A DNA stretch of 64,000 nt from Phallusia mammillata. Its lineage: Eukaryota. The stretch lies in assembly GCA_965637545.1 (NCBI GenBank), contig OZ281495.1:32364001-32428000 (forward strand). Reading direction: 5' to 3'. The notes beneath the pieces were generated by a model that saw only the letters and a list, made by a program, of their open reading frames with translations, made no database searches and was not told the DNA's origin. The first letter of the stretch is position 1; each line of letters opens with the position of its first letter. Positions 13,181 through 25,049 of the stretch are shown here, one piece after another. The position numbers were made by a program, and so were the translations under genes.

Positions 13181-13240
13181 TAATGCATTATGACCTCTGA
13201 CCCCGCCCGGAACGTTGCCTGGCAACGCCGTGATTGACAG
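13181..13240. promoter_or_regulatory. Dense intronic enhancer candidate (P2 homeodomain site, DR1, GC box, X-box-like palindrome, Pbx-Meis decamer)
   Basis: TAATGCATTA 13181-13190; TGACCTcTGACCC 13191-13203; CCCCGCCC 13201-13208; GTTGCCTGGCAAC 13214-13226; TGATTGACAG 13231-13240. Confidence 0.55.
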
Positions 13241-14709
13241 CGCATGGAGACACAACGTCTGCTTTTCACAACGGTTCATTATGCGACCCAATGTTGTACG
13301 CTGCCCGGCATGCACGGGACGCAGTGAAAATAACGCTGACGACAATTGCAGACCGATTGAAATTGGATTGTTGTCGTAATAAAGCATTATTGTCTTGTCA
13401 TTATTGCGTTTCTGTCCATGGCATTCGATTTTGATGTAAATGTTAAATCGTTGACCCAAAGCGGAATTTCGGGGTCGTACAAAAAAACCAGCAAACCCCG
13501 TTGCTCCCAACAAAAATCCCCTCTAGGAAACGATTTTTATCGATGACAATCATAAACCATGCTAACAATGCTTCAATGCTTAATCCACTTCTAGCGCTTG
13601 CGTCTCTCTGGCACTGAACAAAACGCCCGGATTTCTATTACTGGAGTCGGGAGCAGAAACGCGTAAAGTGCATTTTCTCGAGTTTTTACTTCGACATTTT
13701 CGGTCTTCGCCGCTCGGCAGTTATGCGCGCCCCATGAAGTGCAGATGCAAAGCTCTAGGGCCCGACTTGTTGCTGTATTGATTAACATGGGCGAATATAA
13801 GGGACATTAATGATCTTCTGGGCAGGATCGATCGCTGTGAGTCCTGTTCGATCATTAGCACTTATCTGCGCTTCTAATGGATTAAGCATTTACTGGCGAC
13901 TCCGCACGGGGAAGATGCTTTTCCAGTGGGAAAAATACATATGTGTTGCCCTGTTGGGCCTAAATGGATAAACACAGGCGCAACAGTGTACAAAGATTGT
14001 AAACAACCAAGTTAACAGTCGTGCCGAATTGAGCTAACTTAATTGTTTGACATATTTATTGATCCCGAATTCCCCTGTATTAATTTGCATATTTATCGTC
14101 AAAAATTTAACTATAAATTTCTGCAATAAAAAGTGTTTCTTTATAACTTATAAACTGAATTAGATTGATGAACTCTTTCTTGTACGAGTCGTATTGAGTT
14201 CAATTCAGAGAGCGCATAACCAACTTTCTAAGGTATCTAATTGTTTTGAATAATCCACATACCACTGCAACATAACTAAGATAAGGTCAAAACGTTCACC
14301 GAACAGGGCGTTGAATTCCTCTCATGTGGCGCGTTTTAAGTTTTACGCCGAAACTTCTTAAGCCAACAAACATAAGTTCAAATTTTCATCTATTTCCCAC
14401 AATACGTGTCGAATAATTTCAACAAAATATTGTCAGTAGTGGTTAAAAACAATATCTACATTCCAAAATACGCTGTTGTCATGCTATGAATAACTTTAAA
14501 CCCTTAATATTTCAAACATAGTATGCCAGGCCTATTGAAATCATCCCAACTTCAAATTTTAAGATACAAAACTATGCTTGTACAAAAATCTTTTTGAACC
14601 AACGTATACTCAAAAAGACGAACCGATTTACGGATAATTAATCTTATTAAACTAAAAGCTTTAGTTACATTAAATGTTTAGTGTCACAAAAATTCCCAAC
14701 TTAACCCAC

Positions 14710-14917
14710 CTGTGGGACTGGAACTGTCGGCGCTGTGGTGATGATGTTGAGGTTGCTGTTGAGGGTGTGGGTGGGGTTGCGGGGGCTGATGATGATTCAT
14801 AGTACTTGATGGCCCCATAGGGGTCGATCCGCTTGCCCCCATAACTGAGGGATGAATGTTGCTGCTTTCCCCCGAAATCTGGGGCCGAGACGATGGGGCT
14901 TCTTGGGGGTAAAACGA
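14710..14917 (-). CDS. Meis: Meis exon 7, low-complexity linker (SFYPQEAPSSRPQISGE...HHQPPQPHPHPQQQPQHHHHSADSSSPT-G)
   Basis: Open 208-nt frame between ttttcag acceptor and G|GTGGGT donor; phase 0 in and phase 1 out fit exons 6 and 8. Identified by phase and composition, not strong homology. Confidence 0.85.
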
Positions 14918-16340
14918 CTGAAAATCATAAAAGATAAATCATTAGATTTCGTTTGATACTCTAGTTCCGGTAAAGCATTAAATATTGGTCGTCAATCGAC
15001 GTTTTGCGACGTAGCAATAGTGTGGTTGTAAAAATAGAACACTTAAATCACGTAATATTAGCATACCTAGCAACGGGATTTGTTACATGACTATGATCTC
15101 TTTCATTGCACAATTCGAGCAATTTGCATATTACACAATACACACTATACTTGACACTTTAGATTTGAGGATTTTATCACTAAGACGTTAATATTCCTGT
15201 TTGAAATTGAACATGAAACAGACACTGTCGTATATATATTGTCGCGGAAGGGTTGATTTTCACGAAGTCTATCATTTTAACCTAAGCGGTCGCGTTACTT
15301 ATTTAGCTTGTAGTAAATGAGCCGCATCCCGAAAAGCCACGGAGCAAGACTGGCAAGCTGAAATAAAACTTGTCCTGTGTCACGACTTATTTGAAATCCG
15401 AATGATTGATTGGTCGTTCACAAATCACGTGATTCAACGCACAAATCAAAGCCCCCGCGCGCTCTGTCTCTGTGTTATTTATTTCCACGAGGAAAGTAAA
15501 TACAAAAACACGCAACACATGGTTCGAGCACAGGTGCACAGCAATGCGAGCTTAGATCCGATGAGATAAGGCTAACGACACGGAGGTGGGCGATAAATCT
15601 ACGGACTCTTGTATTTACGGCTCAAAGTATCGTTGCACTTCAGGGAAGAAATGTTTCACTGCGTTTTGTTTAGTCAATAAACAGTTTGCTTTCAACCCGG
15701 CGTTAGCACATTTACCGCTTGTGTCAAATAAACAAAAACAAATTTGACAACCTGACATCTGGCAACGAAGCATTCCTTTGTCAAATTGCTATTTTCTACA
15801 AACGTAACTTGCGTACTTACCATATTTAGTGACTCTCTACAAATTCGTACTGGTATATTAACAGAGCTAATGTTTGATTGATCTACGCAAGTAAACAACG
15901 GACAGATCTGAATGAACGCAGCTAACCATCAACAGTTTATATAACAAGCGCATTCGTATCACGCAATGACATTAATTCGGACGTTACTCAGTTGATCTTT
16001 GCCAGTTAATCCCCTGCTTGAACATGCAATGTACAACAGGTGCATTTGACAACAACGTCACAATACATCGCGACGTGACGACACAATGGAAATCGGTGAA
16101 TGCGGAAAACGCGATCGGATTTATCCAGTAGCGACACGTGGCTGATATGACTTAAAAATTCGACTTGTGTGCTTTGTATGATAATGTTTGTGTTCATCTG
16201 TTCTAGTGTACGATGGAAATACGCCAATTGGCATGGAGAGAAAAAAGATTATGATACTCGAAAACTGAATCTAAAAACGTTTACTGGTTGTTTTCGTACT
16301 GTCAAATTTACTGTTTCTGCATGATTCCGAATGTTTAGCG

Positions 16341-16356
16341 ATTCTATTTGAATAAG
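16341..16356 (+). other. Exact copy of the Ciona-type 16-nt spliced leader (ATTCTATTTGAATAAG), no GT donor; SL relic candidate
   Basis: 16/16 match to the SL sequence as I recall it; followed by AAATCG; in Meis intron 6, antisense to Meis. Confidence 0.6.
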
Positions 16357-19300
16357 AAATCGATGATTTTGTTTTTTGCAAGCCATATGCACATACCTGT
16401 ACGAATATACATTTATTTAATTCATTAAGGCAACTACTAGGACATAGAATTTGTTCAACAAAAGTGTTACTACACAAAGTTGTAGGAACACTGACTCAAA
16501 AATAAGCGTTGTAAGACACTTTGTTGCCAAAGCAGCCAAACTCGATATCGATTTAAACGGTTTTTATGCAAAGGATTTGAATTGAATAGATTTCGAACCA
16601 AGGTTTTAACCGCAAGCAATTCGTGAAGCTAGTGCGAACTTGGCTCCATAAGAGAGCTGCATAGGAAACGGCCTTGTCGTAAAATTGACAAAATATCGAG
16701 TTTTCTTATCAGCCTGAACGATCTTATACCCGGGCCGATAACGCAGCGCAAAACGGCGGGCATCGTAACAAGTAAACCTGCCTGCAATATGGGTGGCCTT
16801 ATATCAGCACCTGCCCGTGATTCGGCTTCTATGCCAATTTTCCGTAATACAAGTCCGCTCTGACTTATGCTGGACTTGAGCGGATTTCGACCCCCTAGAA
16901 GCAAATCAGTTTTACGTTTGAAATCCAACGCAAAAGCGAATTCGATAACACGATTTTTTCATTAAAATCGACATTTTTAATAGCAGGGAAGACATTTTAG
17001 CGCTCGATTTAAGAATAGGACGCTTTATCTTTGTGTGTGGCAAGGTTTTTTGTGTTCAAAAAAAAAAAATTGTGACAATGTGTTGACTTTTAAGTACTTA
17101 TTTGAACTTGATGTAACAAAAATGTAAAACATTTTAAACCAAATGCCTCAAGTAAATGGAAACCATTGTTTCACAAACCTAAAAAAAGTGTTTTAAGGTT
17201 TAACTTTCACAAGTTTTTTTCTGCATTTAGATTAAGCCTGTTGTCGGACGTTTAATTGCATTTGGTGATGTCAGCTTCTAAACGGGGCCAAGAGAGGAAA
17301 AACGCCAAGCTCTTTCACAGGTAATTATCGCTTTAGGCTGCTATCAAAACAATGTTGAAGTGCAGTGGGATGGCACTGAGTGAAAACGAACAAAGGTTGT
17401 GGATTAAAAATGCGCGGAGGTTTCAATATTTCATCGAATGTTTAAGCGATGCTATCTCGTGTTTAACTCAGGCGCGTATTGTGGCCCTTGCTGGATGATG
17501 CATAAAACATAACGTTTACGGGCAGGGAATAAGCGGCTGGAAGCTGATGTATGAATATTGGCAATCGGTGAAAAACCTTTGTCAACTTGTGTCATAAATC
17601 ACAGGCGCTGAAACTCAAATATCGAAACTACATAACTTTCTTTGCTGTGCTGTTCCTTTTGATGGGAATTATCGTGCACGTAGCAAGAGTTATACCACAT
17701 TTACATTATACCTTGCATCAGAATGCACAACACTTTATATCAGCTTAAGAAAACATTGGCACAAGATTTTTGAAAGAGCTTTTTATCGTTAGCCATTTGC
17801 CATGCTACTTTTACGTTGCCAGTGACAGAACAGTCGTGATCACGTGGCTGAGGGTGTGCTACGCCCTGTCATCGAACCCAGCGTGCCCGGGTAACTGCAG
17901 TTTGCGTGTAAACAACCACATCAGTATTTCCGACAGGTTTTTTTGCCTAATTAATTGCCAACATCCCTTCACCAGCGCTGAGGGTTTCAGGGATGCTTAC
18001 AAATACACAAACAACATAGGTTGGGAGGGGCAACATCCGGACACCTGTCACGATGGCACGTGACTTTAAAAACGATGCTGATTGGTTCACTCCCTTAAGT
18101 TTCAAAACAATGTAAATTTTAACATTTTCAACATGACTTTGTCATCAACTGGGATAAGTCGAAAAGACGCGCAATAAAACAGGGATTTAAGAATGAACGC
18201 AAAACTGCCATAATTTATTCCCCGCTCTAAACCGCAGAACACTAAGAACGAAATGAATCAAGTCTGTTTCTTCACTATAAATATTGACAGAATTTTGCGA
18301 TTGATTCTTCAAGAAGAGATCAGGGGACTTTTCATAATTTGATTCTGTTAACTCGGTTTACGCCGGCAATGTATGGGTTTTGCGCAAGGAAGACTTGAAA
18401 GCCTGCGTCGGCTTGTTCTAAGGTTTTCGAGACGATTTTTCGAATGCATCACGCCCTGAGCAAACCTATGTTACGATAAGAGCAGGCGCATCGCGCGTCG
18501 GACGCTTAAAACAATCGCTTAGCTGGCGCTTATATCCTTGCCGGTAAATATTTGGCCGCGTATATTGGTATAAAAGGGAATCAATAAAAACAAACTTTGT
18601 TTTAGGCGCAGGCGGTCGGTTCGTCGTGGCAACGTTCGCTTATTCGATCGGCTCTTATTGGCCGAACACTCCAACTGCTAGTTAGATCAGAGAACGCGCG
18701 GCTTATTCAAAGGAACAATTAATGATTGTCGGAGACTGGGGGGAGGGGGGCGGTCCAAAACGTCCCGTGTCGCGAAACAGACAAATATTGATACTTGTAT
18801 AACGCTCGATGTACATAAGTGTATGCTCTGGTGCCATAAAATAATGCGAGGCAAGGTTTCTGTTGTTGATTTGTCGCTATTATTAACGGCGCTTTGAATT
18901 GAGACTTGCTCTGACTTGCTTTGCTAATGAATTTGCGTCTTGATCAGGCGAGTATTGAAGGCAATAACATGTAATGACTTGGACTTCACTCACTATAAGT
19001 AAACGTAGAGGCAATATTACCGGAACTTGTAAGTAACAAAGGCCGATCTGTTGGTGCGACGTGTTTGCTGGAAATTGAACGTGTTTTGTTTTACTAAAAT
19101 GGTGAAATAACAATAGTAAATCAATGCTTGCGAAAATAACTAAGCCAGAAATAGTTCTTTATAGGAAACAAAATTTAATCATGTTGAAATTATTAATCAC
19201 TTTTCCAAATAGAATCCAGTGATAAGAGTCACTCTTGACAAAATCCCAATACTCTTCTGTCTACTTTGTCTATTTCACAACACAGTCCATTATAAAGCTA

Positions 19301-21614
19301 GTTTAGCAACGATGTGACTTTGTGCTTCGAAAGTGCGAACAACCCATCGGTCAATGTCCTCTGCAAAGCCTCGTTTGCGGTTCGGGAGAGCGCAAGCATC
19401 CAGCGATGGTTTCTCTGTCTGTTGGCATCGTACAGAGCTGAGCGGTTATCTAAGTTTGGCGCAGTTAAATCAACAGCAGGATTATGGAAAGTGGGTTGAG
19501 ATGATAACTCGGTCTTTCACTCGTAGAGACTTTCCACAAAATCCTGACTGCTTGCATTACATTCAAAGGTAATGTTTCTAACAGCCAAACTAACGCCCAA
19601 GAACTTGGAAGGCCACAAAACTGCTGATTTGCTGTCTAAATCTTCTTCTACTTCTACTCAACCAATACTTGTACTGATGATGCTTGAAGCGAGATATATA
19701 AATATCTCAAAATCTTAAGGACGAATGACTCGATGTTTTTTTCATAAACTTAACACAACCAAGATTCGTAACTAGATCAACGATGACGATAAACGCTCCT
19801 TGGTCAATTTGTGTATGTTTAAATGGAGAAATACATATGTGACTTTTGGCATTTAACAAATAACCTTGTAAAACTGCTTGCGTTTGCAACATGTATGCTG
19901 GCTTGTGGTGGGAACTTCGACACCATGAGGTGGAGTATTGCGTAAGCTCGACTTAAGGTCGGTGACATATTGCGTTGCGTGATTGGCGCAACCGCCCAGA
20001 CGACGTAATTAGCGGAGCTATGATATACGACTTTGTCCACGTCGTGTAAGTTATTTGTACGGCGATCTTTACGATATTTGAACAAGACAAGGCGGGTTAG
20101 TTGTGCCGCTACCGCCTTTTGTTTGTCAGCCATTCCACAAATTGATGCAATACGCGCGATGCTTGCCGATAATGTTTGATGTCCCTCCTCAGAAATCGAT
20201 CCAAGAACGTCGACATTATGTTGCTACTGTGATGTTACAAAGACGAAAGCTTCCAAACGCGATTTTTATCAAAATTCATGAAAATCAAATGCATAAAGAA
20301 CGAAGTTCCATATTAGACTACCACCGTTTTGAGATAAATTACGAAAACTTCTCGATTTCATTGTGACGTCACTATATAATCAACTGATCTTCTGCGTTTT
20401 TTAAATTTTAATCACTTCGATTTTGTTTGGCAATTTTAAGTTTTTTGGTCGCGCGTCTTATTGTCGCGTCACAATGTTCGACGCCATTTTATTACAATTA
20501 TGACTCTTTACACAAACAATTGTAAAACGTCACCTTATGACGCGGGCGTTGAACCGACGCAAAAAAAACAAAAACAAGTTTGTTACCATCAAAGACCAGC
20601 AAGTAATATAAAAAAGGTGGACCACTTTCTATGCTATCAGTGCCTATGTTTATCATGTAACGAAACATTTTAAAGTTATTACATATCTGTCACCAAATGT
20701 TGCAAGACACCACTATGTGTTTATAACTGGCAACGAAATACAACCATAAGCCAATAGCCAACATAAATGTGCCAAGTTTGCGTTCTAACAAACTGAAATT
20801 GTGTTACAGGACATGGAAGGGTGGAGATATATCAGTAGTCTGCAAAGTCAAGTGCAACACAGGAAATGTCATTCTTACAAGGAACCCCACAAAGCGAAGC
20901 AATTAGATTAAGGTAAAAAAAGAAACTGATTTGATTTCGAAATTGATGCGACCCCTGGAGTTTTTCCCTTTGGACTTAACTTAGCAATATCGCCATTGCC
21001 ACGACACACAGGCAGCTTTATTGTGTCGCTGAGCTTTTTCTGGAAATCAAACAATGACAGAGCGGCTTCTTTAATTACTTTTTGCCGCCGATATATCATG
21101 CGTGCGTTCAGCCAACTTCAAACTTAATATTTTGCCATCAAATACTGGCAGCCGTAAATCGTACGGCAGCTTTAATCAAAGCCGTATACCGAACGGCGCG
21201 CTGCTTGGATTTACGGTTGCCGACAAAATGTTTTTGGTCTTGTTGAGATGTTGACGAAAGACGAGTTAAGTCGATCGTAAATCTTGGAAATAACCCGATG
21301 GAAAAATCATTCTGGAATCTTCAAATAGCGGGAATTTTTGCTATTTGCGTTGCAAGTGTTGTTTGACAGATAGCGGATAGAAATAATACAACACACCCAT
21401 CGTAAAAAGCTACCAATATTTTTCTGTCACACCTTTCCAAATCGAAACATGCGGCCAAATGTTTTACCAAAAACTTTGGTTCAACTTTTAAAAACAAGAC
21501 AAAAACAACGTAATCTTAAAAAATCTGAATATTTTCGAGAACCAACCAACAACCTACATGAGCTAACTAATAAGTGTTATTGTGGCAAAACAATGGAATA
21601 ATTCTAGTTCCCAC

Positions 21615-21758
21615 CTGTCCGGAGCTTCCCCCCACATCAAGGCCCTCCGATTTTGACGTCATAGCACCGTCACGATCGTCTATGACGAGATCAATGGGCA
21701 TTTTCCCTTTAAGGCAGTTGATATACCGAGACGTGAAGTTTTGACACAATTCGTGAAC
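21615..21758 (-). CDS. Meis: Meis exon 6 ([31 protein letters not shown]...GSSGQ)
   Basis: Diagnostic [21 protein letters not shown]; tttatag acceptor, CAG|GTGGGA donor; 144 nt phase 0. Confidence 0.96.
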
Positions 21759-22025
21759 CTATAAAGTGAATAGCTTGTATTTAATATCCTTTGCAATTAC
21801 GCTGATGTAATTGGCAAACTTGTACAACTGCGATACAGTTTTTTTGTCTGTTGTATTTGGTTTGTTCAATGCAGTGTTTCTTCTAAAGTTCTCACTCAAT
21901 GAAGCTTTCATTTGGGTATTTATCTCAGAATTAGACGTATGTAAATGTCTTGTTCACTCTTGACTTATAAACTTTAGCATGACTGCATGCCTAAAATAGA
22001 AGCTTGATAAATTAACATAACTCAC

Positions 22026-22076
22026 TTTTTCGAGTTCCAGAAGATGAAACCTCAGGACTTGTATCGACAAAATCAT
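22026..22076 (-). CDS. Meis: Meis exon 5, HM2/MEIS-B (MILSIQVLRFHLLELEK)
   Basis: Diagnostic IQVLRFHLLELEK; ttttag acceptor, GTGAGT donor; 51 nt. Confidence 0.98.
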
Positions 22077-22753
22077 CTAAAAAAGTAATCATAAATTTGT
22101 AGACCCGAAATTGACATAATTCATGCACCTTCAAACTTCCTTGTACGATACGGAAGAAGTCTTAAGGGTTTAATTTTCGCACCAGAGTTCCTCAAACAAG
22201 GAACGAAACAACAACTGAGGCGGCCTGGTATCGGTTAATTAATCACTCGTGTATAGCTCAAGCAAATTCGGTATTCCAAGGTAGCTTTGCACAGGTTTCT
22301 ATAGCCTTCCTATGACGGTATTTTTCCCAGTACCCGTCGTCGCACGTGGCAAGAAATATTGTAATAGGAGCCAGCAGGAAAACAGGCACCTTAATTGACG
22401 TTATTACAAGCCGACATGAAGTTAATCAGCCTAAATCAGCGAACCTCGCGCGGTTTTCTATACGTTGCCGCACGTTAAGACTTGGATGGCGAAAAAAATA
22501 AAACACACACAAAGGACACTCTGGCCAATCTGTGCAAAGTTTCACTTTAAATTTAGAACGTAACTAACTGTTAAATTATTTTCAACTTAATTGTTAAATC
22601 TTGAATTTCAAGATGTAGCATGTGTTTCTAGATGATCTACAATCAAGGGTATTTTGTGTTCGATTTGGTAAAGGCCAACACAGATTTCGGTCGTTCATAC
22701 ATTATCCATTATTTTTCTCCATTACTTTATTTTGTGTTGAGTCTGTTACTCAC

Positions 22754-22810
22754 CAAGTTGTCGATTTCGTTGTTGGGGTCAAAGGTGAGAGGTCGATTTT
22801 CCGCCTGTAT
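22754..22810 (-). CDS. Meis: Meis exon 4 (IQAENRPLTFDPNNEIDNL)
   Basis: Acceptor ttttag, donor GTGAGT, 57 nt phase 0. Aligns with vertebrate IRAEKPLFSSNPELDNL. Not in the ORF track. Confidence 0.93.
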
Positions 22811-23819
22811 CTAAAAAGGTTGAAACAATGAGACCAATGAAGGCATTGGCATGTATTTTATATCTTTATAAATAATGTTATAGGAGCAAAGCACTTTGCT
22901 GTCTGCTACAAAATATTGAGTTATTTGTCACTACTGCTGTCAAAGTGACTGGCATGATCTATATTCCTGATGTTGTTGCAAGTTTCCAGTTTTCTCTTGT
23001 TTCGTATGTCGTTGTAATAAAAGTATTTTGTCTATTCGAAGAATTTCGCTGAGCCATCTTACAAACCGTTTGACACTCAATCTTTCAAGTCAAGTTCAAG
23101 TCTTTCAAGTTAAGTCTTTCACCCACGTTTCCTGGCCTTGCAGAATTTGCACTTGCGTGAAAAGCATTTAAAGATTTTTCTTGATGTCATTTAAGCGATT
23201 CAACATTATGCATCGAGGAGTAAAGGGAAGTAAGATTCGAAACAAGCGCAAAAAATCCCTTGTTTTTCATTCTTATCGCAATTTAACAAGTCTGGATCAG
23301 CCTCAGTCGCTTCAGGAAACTTTGCGTCGGGAAAACTAGGGTTTCCGTGGGAATACCGCCCTGTCATCCGAACTAGTTGCGTCAAGCCTTCACGCTCCAG
23401 CTAGCAGCGTTCAAACAAACAGGGCGCCGCGTCGGTGTCACTGTGAGGTCACATAAGCGGCGGCGTCGCCCTGGGCAACGGCCTGGAGTGTCCGCGCATA
23501 GTGTGAACTTTGGATGACTCCGTTTAAGTGCCCGTTACAACGTAAGCAATGATGCGACGAAGCCCGGCCCTGCAAGCCGCGATTGCCTCGAACGTGCGTC
23601 TTGTCCATTGTCGCGAGATTTATTGCGCATGCGCAAGTTTTATTGGCGACATTACCCAAGGTCGAGGGGTCAAACCTTCGTGGGCCGTATATTAGGTTTT
23701 GTCAACCATGCCACCGCCCTACTGAGTTTAAGACATTTGAACTTTGCGTAAAAATACAAACACACAAGCTACAAACTTAAGAACTACAAACACAAAAGCT
23801 ACAAACGAAAACAACCGAC

Positions 23820-23961
23820 CTGCTTTGCAAAACAGGCGATGTCGTCGTTGAAGGAATCCGACGAACAAACGTCACTTCCGGTCACTCCAGGGTCACGTGG
23901 TGTGCAGGTGGCCAGCTCGCACTTTTCGAACACAAGCGCCAGAAGCGGGAACAGTGGGTGT
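23820..23961 (-). CDS. Meis: Meis exon 3, HM1/MEIS-A domain ([47 protein letters not shown])
   Basis: Diagnostic [17 protein letters not shown] motif; acceptor cacag, donor CAG|GTCGGT; 142 nt, phase 2 to 0. Confidence 0.98.
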
Positions 23962-24883
23962 CTGTGACGTAACAATAGTAAAGTCATTACCGGTGCAGTG
24001 GCTCGAAAGTTCGTGTGGAGGGCGAGCAAAAGTTCACCACAATCGAGTGTTAGTAAAAACATCTAACTAGGTTTTGTGTTGGTTGGCACCAACTGAGATG
24101 AACATATACGAGAGGATTCTCAAACCTGTGTTGCATTGGTCAACAAAACAGCTATTTATCAAAGGATTTGAAAACATTTTGCCAATCTTTATTTACCAAC
24201 ATCTTCAATATTCATTTAATGACGATCTAACTTTTTCAAATTCATGTAAACTGGCTTTAAAAAACCAACAAATACACAGGCTTTTTAGCATCAACATGCA
24301 GCAGCTGAACTGCAGTGAATCGAAAATCAGTCTGCGGCAAAAAAGGCGTTGAAAATCGTTTCGACCGCTTCATGTTCGTGCAGAGCGCGGAACTTTGTTG
24401 TGGTGAAAATGCAGCAGTAAACAAAATCTTCACATGCTCCCGCCCGCTGTGTAATCGATTGTTACGTCACAATTAGCGTGCTCGCGGCGCGCCACGCATG
24501 GGCGGAGGTAACGAGTTGCAACAAGCAACAGCGAAACAGGAACAAAAAACAAACAAAACCGCGCGCACTTGTTCGCTGCGATCGTTCACGGGTCATTGTG
24601 ACGTGGACAATGAGCGACATGACCCTTTTTGCGTCACAAACAAAAAGTGACCGGGTCATGCGTAGGGGGGCGCCCGTAGAGCGAAGGCATCGAGCTTCTT
24701 CGCTGTTGTTTTAGCGAGCGAGTAAAAATGGCGACCGATGCTGGTTCTCACGGCGCAGATCGATTCCCAGATACGATTCTAGCGTTAACATGTTTCTAGG
24801 TGTCAGAGAATTGAATCAGTCCGCCTTGATACATAAGATCCCTTGCTTGCACTTTGTCCCTTTCTAACTAACTTAATTTGTTC

Positions 24884-25049
24884 AACAAATTTGTCGTTCA
24901 ACTGGTCTGATGCTAAACAAAATACTAGTTGTTGTTTCAAGAACTTGTATTTTTGAAAACAACAACTAGTATTTTGTTTAGCATTACACCAGTTGAATGA
25001 CAAATTTGTTAAATATGCAACCTGGCGGACGAAATGCTTGTTCAGTATT
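24884..25049. repeat. Foldback element copy A: 127-bp palindrome (24884-25010) plus ~40-bp tail
   Basis: Long near-perfect inverted arms around a short centre; homologous to 61385-61559. Confidence 0.9.

Noticed and set aside
23879-23895. Near-DR5 inside coding exon 3
   Set aside because: One mismatch and explained by codon constraints.
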